Below are positions 45,456 to 53,880 of a stretch of DNA of 64,000 bases, piece by piece. Position numbers and translations under genes: made by a program. This DNA comes from Clostridia bacterium (lineage in GTDB: Bacteria > Bacillota > Clostridia > Christensenellales > CAG-138). The first letter of the stretch is position 1; the number at the start of each line of letters is the position of its first letter. The DNA lies in assembly GCA_003246365.1 (NCBI GenBank), contig QKAN01000066.1:5333-69332 (forward strand), given 5' to 3'. The notes under the pieces were generated by a model, which saw nothing but the letters and a program-made list of their open reading frames with translations, had not been told where the DNA came from and did not search any database.

Positions 45456-46604
45456 ATGAATGTAGTCGCAGTACGGACAAAAAAGCAGATGCGCGATTTC
45501 GTTCGCATACCAAAGCTGATTTTCGGCAATCATCCGTGTTATGTGCCGCCTATCTGGTTGGACGAAGCACACGCATACACAAAAAAAGCGAATCCGATGC
45601 TCAGAAATTCGGATTTTGAACTGTTTCTTACTTTGGATGCCTCAGGTGCCCCCATCGGACGTACGATCGCCTATATCGACCATTCGTTTAACCGTTTTTA
45701 TCACGCAAAGATCGGTTTTTTCGGCGCGTTCGAATGCATTGACGACGCGAACGCGGCAAATCTTCTCGTGCGCGCGGCGGAAGACTGGCTCGCCGAGCGC
45801 GGAATGGACGCCATCCGCGGGCCGATTCACCCGGTTGCGGAAAACTGGGGATTTATTTACGAAGGATATGATACGCCGCCGGTGTACATGAGTCCCTGGA
45901 ATCCCGAATATTATCATACGTTTTTCACGAAAACAGGTTATGAAAAGGTAAAGGATCTGCTCGTTTACGAAGCGGATATGTCGAAAGGATACGAAATACC
46001 GGATCGATATGATGACTTCCCCGCGCGGTTCATGGCGCGCTATCCGGGCATCACAATTCGGCGGCTCAATATGAAACGCATCCATGACGACGCGCGCGCC
46101 ATCTGGGAAATCTCCAACAACTCCCTGCAGGATAATTGGGGGTATGTGCCGCTGGAACTTCCGGTCATGGAGGATATGCTCAAAAAACTCAAGATGGTCG
46201 TCGACCCGGACGCGGTCTGGATGGTGGAAAACGAAGGAAAACCCGTTGGATTCTGTCTTGGCTTTCCGGATATCAACATCCTGCTCAAACGCATCAAGGG
46301 CAATCTGCTGCCGTTCGGTTGGGCGCGGCTCCTGCTGGGCGTCAAAAAGCTGCGGGATTACCGTCTCTTCGGCCTCGCGGTCGATCCGGAGTGGCACAAA
46401 CGCGCGCTTGACGCGCTCATGTATATCCACCTCTACCAAAACCTCCGCCCGAAAAACATCCGCATGGAAGCGAATTACATTTTAGAAGACAATCTGCACA
46501 TCAAAAACGCGCTCGAACGGTTGGGAATGCAGAAGATTAAGACGTATCGGATCTATCAAAAGCCGTTGGCAACACATTGCGACGAGCAGCCCGATTTGAC
46601 CTAA
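45456..46604 (+). CDS. uncharacterised GNAT-fold-like acyltransferase family protein
   Basis: Start at ATG 45456 (GAGGA RBS) within ORF 45291..46604. Sequence is reminiscent of uncharacterised N-acetyltransferase-annotated proteins. The functional assignment is weak. Confidence 0.45.
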   Translation: MNVVAVRTKKQMRDFVRIPKLIFGNHPCYVPPIWLDEAHAYTKKANPMLRNSDFELFLTLDASGAPIGRTIAYIDHSFNRFYHAKIGFFGAFECIDDANAANLLVRAAEDWLAERGMDAIRGPIHPVAENWGFIYEGYDTPPVYMSPWNPEYYHTFFTKTGYEKVKDLLVYEADMSKGYEIPDRYDDFPARFMARYPGITIRRLNMKRIHDDARAIWEISNNSLQDNWGYVPLELPVMEDMLKKLKMVVDPDAVWMVENEGKPVGFCLGFPDINILLKRIKGNLLPFGWARLLLGVKKLRDYRLFGLAVDPEWHKRALDALMYIHLYQNLRPKNIRMEANYILEDNLHIKNALERLGMQKIKTYRIYQKPLATHCDEQPDLT

Positions 46605-46654
46605 ACCGTTGCGTTTCAATCTGGAAAGACACATGAATGGTTCAAAAATGAATT

Positions 46655-46687
46655 CAAACAAAAAGGCCTTGCGGCCTTTTTTGTTTG
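46655..46687. terminator. bidirectional rho-independent terminator
   Basis: CAAACAAAAAGGCC-ttgc-GGCCTTTTTTGTTTG, nearly identical to the element at 8416..8450. Confidence 0.8.
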
Positions 46688-46695
46688 TTCTTGTT

Positions 46696-47325
46696 TTACT
46701 TTCCGGCAACGCCGGAGCGTACGACATCCAGCAACGCATCCACAGCGGACAGAATGCTTTCATCATCCCAATCCGCCGGAATCAGCGCGTCGAGATGATT
46801 GAGCAGCGTTTCGATTACGAATACCGTCGTCTTTGTCGAAAGATCCGCCCTGAATTCGCCGGATGCTTTCGCCCGCTCGACCATATCGGTCAAGAGCGAG
46901 CCGCTGAGGTTTCCGAACGTTTCCGCAATCCGCTCCCGAACAGCGGGGTCTTCCTCCATAATTCTGCGTGAATACGGCATGAAACGCGGGTCCTTTTTTG
47001 CAAGCAGCAAACCGATATGCGCCATATTGCGAAACTCATCGAAAAATCCATTGGAGTTGCGGGAAACATCGTGCTCCGCAAATAAGCGGACTTTCTCCAT
47101 GCCCACGCGGTACAGCAAAGAAAGGTACAGTTCCATCTTATCTCGAAAGCGATAATAAAAACTGCCCTTGTTCATGCCCGCCGCCTTCAGGATGTCGTTG
47201 AGCGAAGCTTCCCGAAACGAATGTTCCGCAAATTCGGTCAACGCCGCGTCATAAAGCGCGGGAGACTCGTCCAGCGGGTTTGCGGCGCCCGTCTCAAGCC
47301 ACTTGAGTTTGGGCGAAACGCTCAT
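46696..47325 (-). CDS. TetR/AcrR-family transcriptional regulator
   Basis: N-terminal HTH (ASLNDILKAAGMNKGSFYYRFRDKMELY). Last gene of the ABC-2 operon. Its ATG overlaps the stop of the small upstream ORF by 1 nt (TGATG). Confidence 0.85.
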   Translation of the reverse strand: MSVSPKLKWLETGAANPLDESPALYDAALTEFAEHSFREASLNDILKAAGMNKGSFYYRFRDKMELYLSLLYRVGMEKVRLFAEHDVSRNSNGFFDEFRNMAHIGLLLAKKDPRFMPYSRRIMEEDPAVRERIAETFGNLSGSLLTDMVERAKASGEFRADLSTKTTVFVIETLLNHLDALIPADWDDESILSAVDALLDVVRSGVAGK

Positions 47326-47462
47326 CAGTCTTCCTCCTCCATGCGCTCGCGTTCCGCTTTCCTTTCGCGCATCTTCTTAAAATACTTCGGAACGAAAATG
47401 ATCTTGAGCCAAACGATTGCGATCACGCCGACCACGATCAACGCCCACCAATACCATGCCAT
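47325..47462 (-). CDS. 45-aa single-pass membrane peptide
   Basis: MAWYWWALIVVGVIAIVWLKIIFVP followed by a KR/E-rich tail. Strong AAGGAGG RBS 7 nt upstream. Wedged between the permease and TetR genes. Confidence 0.55.
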   Translation of the reverse strand: MAWYWWALIVVGVIAIVWLKIIFVPKYFKKMRERKAERERMEEED

Positions 47463-47467
47463 GTCGT

Positions 47468-48463
47468 TCACCTCCTTTTCCGAAAGATCGCTTTTTTCGA
47501 AAACAGCCAGACCGCGGCGGCAAGCCACGGAATGCTGACCAACAGCGTCAACAGCGCAAACCATCCTGCCGGTGCGCCGGTCAAAACGGCGTTTAATCCG
47601 CGGTATTGCCAGTACATTGGCAAAATATAATAGCAGAATTGCCATCCGTCCGGCACAAAGATCGCCGAGACCGGAAGAATCATGCTCAACGGAACGAGCA
47701 GCTTTAATACGCCGATTGCGGCAACCTGATTGGACGCAAACGCGCCGATGGCAAACGTCATCATGCCGGAGACAAACACGCTGGCCACCACAAGCAGATA
47801 ATAAGCCGGAAGCAGGCTGGCTTTCCCGATGATCAGCGCCGCGGCTGTGATACCGACAAAGTTAAGGATCAGCGCGGGTGCAAGTTTTGTCGCAACATAG
47901 CCGCCAAGCCGCATTGGACTGACCGCCACGGCGCGGATGACGTTGCCTTCCCGCTCGTCCACAATTGAAAGGCCAACGGTTGCGCCGCCGATAAACAACG
48001 ACATTAACAGTAGCGCAATCATGGAGACATTATATGCCATTCCGCCGCGCGCTTCCACCAATTCCACCCGGTACGGCGTCAGTTCTCCCGTTGCGCCGAG
48101 CGCGAGTCCCGCAATCGCCTGTACGCCGTCGGTAAACGTCGATCCCTCGTTTCCCTGCACAAACACCTGATACCCGTTTGCGTCTTTTGATATGCCTGCA
48201 ACCGCGTCCGTCTCGCGGATGCGCGCCTGCATGGCAGCCGTGTCGTCAAAGCGTTCCACCTCGGCGACGCGCTCCAGCTTGGTCAGGTCGGTCGCGTCAA
48301 TCGTTTGATCGACGGCAAGCTTCAGCACGGTGTTGTTAACCGCACCGAAGATGAGGATGAATACGAACGCAAGAATTGCGGGCGCGGCAATCATGAACGC
48401 CGAAATGCCGTTTCGGAAGATCAGTTTGAACTCCCTGTCGACAGAGGAAAGAAACGCCTTCAT
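47468..48463 (-). CDS. ABC-2-type exporter permease
   Basis: Start set to MKAFLSS at 48463 (ATGA overlap with the upstream permease). Six hydrophobic helices with a large loop after TM1. Confidence 0.75.
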   Translation of the reverse strand: MKAFLSSVDREFKLIFRNGISAFMIAAPAILAFVFILIFGAVNNTVLKLAVDQTIDATDLTKLERVAEVERFDDTAAMQARIRETDAVAGISKDANGYQVFVQGNEGSTFTDGVQAIAGLALGATGELTPYRVELVEARGGMAYNVSMIALLLMSLFIGGATVGLSIVDEREGNVIRAVAVSPMRLGGYVATKLAPALILNFVGITAAALIIGKASLLPAYYLLVVASVFVSGMMTFAIGAFASNQVAAIGVLKLLVPLSMILPVSAIFVPDGWQFCYYILPMYWQYRGLNAVLTGAPAGWFALLTLLVSIPWLAAAVWLFSKKAIFRKRR

Positions 48464-49428
48464 GATTTCGCCCCCTTCAAATGCTTCTTGGCAACGAACA
48501 ACACCGCCAGCAGATATGAAACCGCAAGCCACACGCCGATGGCAAGCAACGTATACCCGATGTCAAACGATCCGCCGAACATTGCGCTTTGATATGCCAT
48601 CAAAATCGGATAGGACGGAATCAGGCGCATCCAAAACGGCGTGAACGACGGCGACGAAAAGCTGATGACGGGCAGCATATTTACGCTAAGCAGCACGACC
48701 ATCGAGAAAAACCAGCCGCTCATGTCGTGAAACGGCGTTGTGTACGCCAGCCCGATCATCGTAAACACCGCGGTGCCGACAAACGAGAGCAACAGGAACG
48801 CACCCCAATTGATGGAAACGCCGACGGTGAACACGCAAATCAGCGTTGCGTAGAGCATGCCGATCAGCGAAAACAGTAATGTTTTGGAAAGAACGTATTT
48901 TGTTGCGCCAAGCGGAGAAACGCGCAGCGCGCGCACCGTACCGTCCTGTTTTTCCGCAAGCATCAGCGCGCCGCCGAGGATAAAGCCGACCATCAACGCC
49001 TCAAAGCACAGAAACACCGGCGTGAAGCGCAGATTAAACGGAATCTCCCGCGCCGCCGTGTCGAGCGATTGCACCTGCACCGGTTCAAATCCCTGCTGCA
49101 TCAGTTCAAGCACGAATATGTTCAGGGTTTGTTCGGCAAATCCCGGATTGACGATTGTCAGCTCGTCCTCTTCAAATATAAATCCGATCGCATCGCCTTG
49201 CCGCACCGCTTCGCGGAGCGCTTCCTCGCTCTCGGCCGGTGTGCCGAACATCAGCCCGGCAGGCGCGTTCCAGGTCATCAGCGTTGCGGTTTCCAGCGAG
49301 GCTTCTTTCGGCAGAGCGAGATCCACCACCAGCACGATGACGACAAGCGTCGCCGTCAGCACCCAAAACAGCGCGTTGGTGAGCAGCCGTTTTACGTCCT
49401 GCACACAGGTAACCAGAATGCTCCTCAC
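48460..49428 (-). CDS. ABC-2-type exporter permease
   Basis: 322 aa with the same topology as its partner. 4-nt overlap with the ATPase gene. Confidence 0.75.
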   Translation of the reverse strand: MRSILVTCVQDVKRLLTNALFWVLTATLVVIVLVVDLALPKEASLETATLMTWNAPAGLMFGTPAESEEALREAVRQGDAIGFIFEEDELTIVNPGFAEQTLNIFVLELMQQGFEPVQVQSLDTAAREIPFNLRFTPVFLCFEALMVGFILGGALMLAEKQDGTVRALRVSPLGATKYVLSKTLLFSLIGMLYATLICVFTVGVSINWGAFLLLSFVGTAVFTMIGLAYTTPFHDMSGWFFSMVVLLSVNMLPVISFSSPSFTPFWMRLIPSYPILMAYQSAMFGGSFDIGYTLLAIGVWLAVSYLLAVLFVAKKHLKGAKS

Positions 49429-50273
49429 GCCGAAAGCTCCTTTCCGGTGACGCGAAGGAAAATCTCCTCCAACGTCGCCTCCTGCGAGTGCAACTTCACG
49501 ACGTCCGCCGCTGTCAGGAATTCGGAAAGCTGCGCGCGATCGTCCATCGGGATCAGGCGATTATGTTCCTTACCGTCTTCGCGGTATACAACGCGCACCT
49601 CGCGCTTTCCGTAAGCGCGCTTGAGCGCCTCCGGCGTGTCGCATGCGGCGATGACTCCGCCGTTGAGAAACGCGACCGTATCGCTCAGCACATCTGCAAG
49701 CTCCATGCTGTGCGTTGTTAGAAACACCGCCGCGCCGCGCGCTTTCTGCTCCAGAATCAGCTCGCGGATGCCGACCGCCGTCTTGGGGTCTAGCCCGCTG
49801 GTCGGTTCATCCAGAAACAAGAATTTCGGTTTATTGATCAGCGAGCGCGCAAACGTCAACCGCTGTTTCATCCCCTTGGAATAATGCGAAACGCGCTTAT
49901 TTGCGTCTTCCCGTAAACCGACGCGGTCCAACAGTTCCATCGGCGAAAGCGTCGGAACCGAGAACAGCGCCGCATAATATTTCAGATTTTCCAGCCCCGT
50001 GAGCGAAGCATAGAGATTGCTCTGTTCAAACGAAACGCCGATCTGATTGAAAAAAGAGGTTTTCAATTCCCGCACGGATCGATTCTCATACAACACCTCG
50101 CCCTGCTGAATCGGCAAAAGTCCCGTCATGATGTTTTGAATCGTGCTTTTTCCCGCGCCGGAAGGTCCCAGAAAGCCGAAGATACTTCCGCCTTCCACCG
50201 AAAACGAAATGTCCGAAACGGCAAACTTGCCTTTACCTTCGTAGTCGTGAAACACATGGTTGACCTGAATCAT
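49425..50273 (-). CDS. ABC transporter ATP-binding protein (ABC-2 exporter)
   Basis: Walker A GPSGAGKST, signature-like YSKGMKQRL, Walker B FLDEPTSGLD. GGAGG RBS. Confidence 0.9.
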   Translation of the reverse strand: MIQVNHVFHDYEGKGKFAVSDISFSVEGGSIFGFLGPSGAGKSTIQNIMTGLLPIQQGEVLYENRSVRELKTSFFNQIGVSFEQSNLYASLTGLENLKYYAALFSVPTLSPMELLDRVGLREDANKRVSHYSKGMKQRLTFARSLINKPKFLFLDEPTSGLDPKTAVGIRELILEQKARGAAVFLTTHSMELADVLSDTVAFLNGGVIAACDTPEALKRAYGKREVRVVYREDGKEHNRLIPMDDRAQLSEFLTAADVVKLHSQEATLEEIFLRVTGKELSA

Positions 50274-50285
50274 AATTCGCCCTCC

Positions 50286-50334
50286 TTGACCACTTGGTCA
50301 ATTCCAATATAACACCATTTGACCAGTCGGTCAA
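50286..50334 (-). promoter_or_regulatory. promoter of the ABC-2 operon with two TTGACC-N4-GGTCAA palindromic operators
   Basis: Read on the minus strand: TTGACC (-35, 50334..50329), a 17-nt spacer, TATATT (-10, 50311..50306), then GGAGG and ATG. Operator 2 (50319..50334) contains the -35. Operator 1 (50286..50301) covers the expected transcription start. Confidence 0.65.
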
Positions 50335-50344
50335 TAGAGCAGGC

Positions 50345-50371
50345 ACAAAAAAGGGCCATGCGGCCCTTTTG
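50345..50371 (-). terminator. rho-independent terminator of the PadR-HAAS operon
   Basis: AAAAGGGCC-atgc-GGCCCTTTT with a T-run on the minus strand. Confidence 0.7.
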
Positions 50372-50384
50372 TTTGATTTTCGCG

Positions 50385-51395
50385 CTATTTGACGCGGTAT
50401 TGGATCGTGTTTTTCACGGCTTTGATGCTCTCGCTGATCGACCCAATGATGATGAGCACCGACAACACAATGATAAGCGCGTTTGTGCCGTTGACGTTCG
50501 GCAGCAAGCCGGTCACGCCTGAATTGTTCAGAAATTCTGAAAACTCCGCGCTGAGGATATTCGGCTGGTTGAGCAAAAACAGCGAAATCGCCATGCCGAT
50601 TAAAGACCTTGCCACGAAGGACACGCACACAAACACGGACCAACGGCGGTCTTTGATTTTTGCGATTCCCTGAATCACCGCAAGCACCAGCGAAACGAGG
50701 ATTGCCGGAATCAGCATCGTCAAAAAGCTTTGGCTGAAGATGTTGTAAAACTGCAGATCGCCACTCATAAAAACCATCGCAAACGGCAGTCGTCCCGTGC
50801 AGAAGAGCAGACCGAGAATCGAGAAGACGATCGTTACAATCACCTCCGCAATCCCTTCCGAAAGCGAAATGCGCGCTTTTTCGTTCAACACTTCCGGCAG
50901 GTCTTCCACGCGCCAGCTGCGTTCGCCGGTTTTGTTTTTCGCTTGACCGCTGTGTTCGGCAATCACGAATCCAAACGTCGTCCAGACCAGCGCCTGGAAC
51001 GCGGCGGAAATGCCCATGCTGATTCCCTGCGAGATGATCCCGCTGTATACAAGCGCGTAATCCGTCGAACCGGCTTTGACCGCGTCGAAAGCGCCGACGG
51101 CGAAGCCGATGACCATAACGACCACGCCGACGAGCGGCAACACCCACTTGAGCACGCTGATATACTCGTCAAAATACGCCGGTGAAATCAGATAGCGCGG
51201 CTTGGTGCGGTATTTTTCCGCCAGAGACGCAGGCGATCCCAGCTCGTACAATACTTTTTTGATTTCTTCGTCGCTCGCCCCGTCCGGCAGCATATCGTAA
51301 ATATTGGCGCGGAGTTCTTTTTTTACCTCTTCCCGATCCTTTTCGGGCAGGCGGCGCGCAACATCATGCACATAACGTTCAATCAGATTACTCAT
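50385..51395 (-). CDS. HAAS/DUF1700-type membrane protein (PadR-associated sensor/anti-repressor-like)
   Basis: Start set to MSNLIERYVHDVARRLPEKDREEVKKEL at 51395 (GGGAGAGGG RBS, 8-nt overlap with padR). This N-terminal helix is typical of DUF1700 proteins encoded next to PadR. Multiple TM helices follow. Confidence 0.65.
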   Translation of the reverse strand: MSNLIERYVHDVARRLPEKDREEVKKELRANIYDMLPDGASDEEIKKVLYELGSPASLAEKYRTKPRYLISPAYFDEYISVLKWVLPLVGVVVMVIGFAVGAFDAVKAGSTDYALVYSGIISQGISMGISAAFQALVWTTFGFVIAEHSGQAKNKTGERSWRVEDLPEVLNEKARISLSEGIAEVIVTIVFSILGLLFCTGRLPFAMVFMSGDLQFYNIFSQSFLTMLIPAILVSLVLAVIQGIAKIKDRRWSVFVCVSFVARSLIGMAISLFLLNQPNILSAEFSEFLNNSGVTGLLPNVNGTNALIIVLSVLIIIGSISESIKAVKNTIQYRVK

Positions 51396-51735
51396 TTCCC
51401 TCTCCCTTTCCGCAGATGGCCTCAATGCTCCTCTGCATGCTCCCCCATTCTTTCATCAGCTGCGAAAGCACCTCTTTACCTTTTAAGCTGACGTTGTAAT
51501 ATTTTCTCGGTCTGCTCTCGCTCGTGTCCCAGTCGCTGGTTAGCAGTTCCTGACTTTCCAGCCGGCGAAGGAGCGGATAAAGCGTGTTGGCCTCGATGTC
51601 GATGTTTTGCTCCTGCAATATTTGCAGCAATGCGTAGCCGTATCTCGGCTCCCGCAGGCTGCCCAACACCGCGAGCGTCAAGCTGCCGCGCCGCAGTTCG
51701 GTTAAAAAGTTTTGTAGCGGATCCAATTCAGGCAT
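51388..51735 (-). CDS. PadR-family transcriptional regulator
   Basis: 115 aa with a winged HTH (PRYGYALLQILQE ... LYPLLRRLESQELL). Confidence 0.9.
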   Translation of the reverse strand: MPELDPLQNFLTELRRGSLTLAVLGSLREPRYGYALLQILQEQNIDIEANTLYPLLRRLESQELLTSDWDTSESRPRKYYNVSLKGKEVLSQLMKEWGSMQRSIEAICGKGEGNE

Positions 51736-51754
51736 GTCTTATCACCTCGCTGTT

Positions 51755-51784
51755 ATTATAGTGTGCGTCACACACTATTGTCAA
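51755..51784 (-). promoter_or_regulatory. consensus promoter of padR with an embedded palindromic operator
   Basis: Read on the minus strand: TTGACA (51784..51779), an 18-nt spacer, TATAAT (51760..51755). The spacer and -10 edge carry ATAGTGTG-N5-CACACTAT (51758..51778). Confidence 0.6.
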
Positions 51785-51973
51785 TATAATTATATTATAT
51801 ATTTAAAATTATTTAAATCAAAAACAGTATGCTCCAAATATGGCATACGAATCGCATTCAATTATGCCCCAATCGTCATCATCAGATTACAGAGCCGAAT
51901 GAAAAAAGACTTGCTTTCAATATAGTTTTAAGATTTTGCATTTCATTTTCATCGTTACGATTGATCTATACGG

Positions 51974-52396
51974 TCAAGATACCATCCCTATTGTTTCTTT
52001 CCAGAATAATCTTAAGGAAGCATCGTTACCGCCCACGTTGAGTAAACAAGTACACTGTAAATAGACAGCATGAATCTGAAACGATTGAATTTCTCTTGAG
52101 TTGAGACATTCGACTTGAAGATGTTTTGCTTCCCTGAACGCACCGAGGGATTGTTGAAAATGAAACGGTAAAATCAAATCCACTGTCCCATCATCGCGCA
52201 GGCGATAGCACCCGGCAGAAGCAAAGCATACCTTGCTTTCCCCCAATATCCGGATGCTATCAACGCGCTCTAATTCGTCAGCCAACGCTCCTTCCGTTTG
52301 GAGCGGCTCTGCTTCTTGCATAGGAGAGAGAGGAATCCATATAAACAGAAACAGACCGGCGACGAAAATCAGTATGAAACAGGACTGACGCTTCAT
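51974..52396 (-). CDS. hypothetical exported or membrane-anchored protein
   Basis: 140 aa. GGAG RBS 9 nt upstream. N-terminal signal/anchor MKRQSCFILIFVAGLFLFIWI. AT-rich. Confidence 0.45.
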   Translation of the reverse strand: MKRQSCFILIFVAGLFLFIWIPLSPMQEAEPLQTEGALADELERVDSIRILGESKVCFASAGCYRLRDDGTVDLILPFHFQQSLGAFREAKHLQVECLNSREIQSFQIHAVYLQCTCLLNVGGNDASLRLFWKETIGMVS

Positions 52397-52645
52397 GAAA
52401 CAATCTCCTTTTTAAAGGATGCATTCATTTGCAATCTCGTTTGATCAAATTGCGCAATTTTCTCAAAGCACCTACTTTAAAGACGGTTTTAGATGGCAAA
52501 TTATGACACAATAAATTGTGAACTTTTTTTAAACCGTTTTTGGGAGAGATAATTGTGCTGTCCCTTCATTGAGAAAATTGCTCGGCGTCGTCTTGTTCGA
52601 GCAAGACTGCTATGCTATTCTGGAAGGGAAAGTGAGGCAGCAAGC

Positions 52646-53365
52646 ATGCAGATTAAAATACACGAAATCGGCAACCCCAGCCTCCGCAATTATCTGCTCG
52701 AAACGCCGGAGGGATGGATTGCGCTCGACACTGGATACCCGGGCGGATTTGCAAATTATCGGAAGCGGCTGGAACGCCATACGCCGATCAGCAGCATACG
52801 ATATGTATTTTTGACGCATACACATAACGACCACACGGGGTTTTTAAAAGAGCTGCTCGAACAAACAAGAGCGCAACTCGTCGTTAACGAAGCGAGCCTG
52901 CCGCGCCTTGCCGCCGGCGTCAACGTGATGCCGGACGGAATCGTCTATACCTCGCGCGGCGCGCGGTTGCTCGCGCGCGCAACGCGGCACGCAAGCTTTC
53001 CGCCCGTTTCGCCGGACGAAACAGCAATTATTATCAAATCAGCGGAGGACCAGCCGTTTCTTGCGCTTGGGCTGCCAATCCGCGTGCTGCATCTGCCGGG
53101 ACATACGGCGGATTCAATCGGACTGTATCTGGAAGAAACGGGCGAAATTCTCTGCGGAGACGCAGCAGCAAATTTCTTTCTCGCGCCCGCGCGGCATGCA
53201 ATTCTCATCGAGGATACGACGGCATTCGGTGCATCGTGGGATGCGATGCTCGCCTTGCACCCAGCTCGCGTTTACCCGAGCCACGGGAACCCGTTTCCGG
53301 CGGAAGATTTGTTGAAATACCGCCATTATCTGGATCACGCAAAAGTGTTTGTCCGTAAATCATAA
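52646..53365 (+). CDS. MBL-fold metallo-hydrolase
   Basis: Start at ATG 52646 (MQIKIHEI) within ORF 52553..53365. HxHxDH motif LTHTHNDHTGF, with a later LPGHT block. Confidence 0.8.
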   Translation: MQIKIHEIGNPSLRNYLLETPEGWIALDTGYPGGFANYRKRLERHTPISSIRYVFLTHTHNDHTGFLKELLEQTRAQLVVNEASLPRLAAGVNVMPDGIVYTSRGARLLARATRHASFPPVSPDETAIIIKSAEDQPFLALGLPIRVLHLPGHTADSIGLYLEETGEILCGDAAANFFLAPARHAILIEDTTAFGASWDAMLALHPARVYPSHGNPFPAEDLLKYRHYLDHAKVFVRKS

Positions 53366-53377
53366 TTTCTCGCAATC

Positions 53378-53414
53378 AAAAACGCCTGCCGTAATCATGC
53401 GGCAGGCGTTTTAT
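53378..53414. terminator. bidirectional rho-independent terminator
   Basis: ACGCCTGCCG / CGGCAGGCGT stem flanked by AAAA and TTTTATT. Confidence 0.8.
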
Positions 53415-53424
53415 TCTGTTAGCA

Positions 53425-53877
53425 TCAGATCAGTGGTTTTCGAAAGCAGACGCTCTCTTTCACATTTTCATAAGGCGGATAGTTCGGAATGCGTTCATAC
53501 CCCGCCGCTTCATACAGGCGGATTGCCTCAGGCTGAAGCACCCCCGTTTCCACAACGGCATAGCGATATCCGTTTTCACGCGCCCATGTTTCGAGCTCTG
53601 TCAACACCGCGCGGGCAATCTTCTTTCCGCGAAACTGAGGTGGCACATACATGCGCTTGATTTCAACCGTATCGTCCGAAAACGGCTTGTAGCAACCGCA
53701 TCCGGCCGACGCTTCGCCGAACGAAACATATAGCGCGGTCTCTACATCCGCGGAGTGGTTATACTGCCCGAAGAACTCCATCTGCGCGCCATACCGCGCA
53801 CCAAGCTCTTCGTCCAGCGCACGCGTCAGCACGCGAAAAGTCGGGTCGGTTCCGTTGCAGCGCGTGAGTTTCAACAT
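53425..53877 (-). CDS. GNAT-family N-acetyltransferase
   Basis: 150 aa. RGKKIARAVLTELETWAREN (acetyl-CoA binding Q/RxxGxG/A-like block) and C-terminal YEAAGYERI. Confidence 0.85.
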   Translation of the reverse strand: MLKLTRCNGTDPTFRVLTRALDEELGARYGAQMEFFGQYNHSADVETALYVSFGEASAGCGCYKPFSDDTVEIKRMYVPPQFRGKKIARAVLTELETWARENGYRYAVVETGVLQPEAIRLYEAAGYERIPNYPPYENVKESVCFRKPLI

Positions 53878-53880
53878 ATG

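Noticed and set aside
51734-52041. Small plus-strand ORFs (63 and 70 aa) in the AT-rich gap next to padR, considered as possible toxin-antitoxin or small-peptide genes
   Set aside because: They have no RBS. One starts inside the padR start and promoter region. Their composition reflects AT-rich non-coding DNA, and no partner gene is present.
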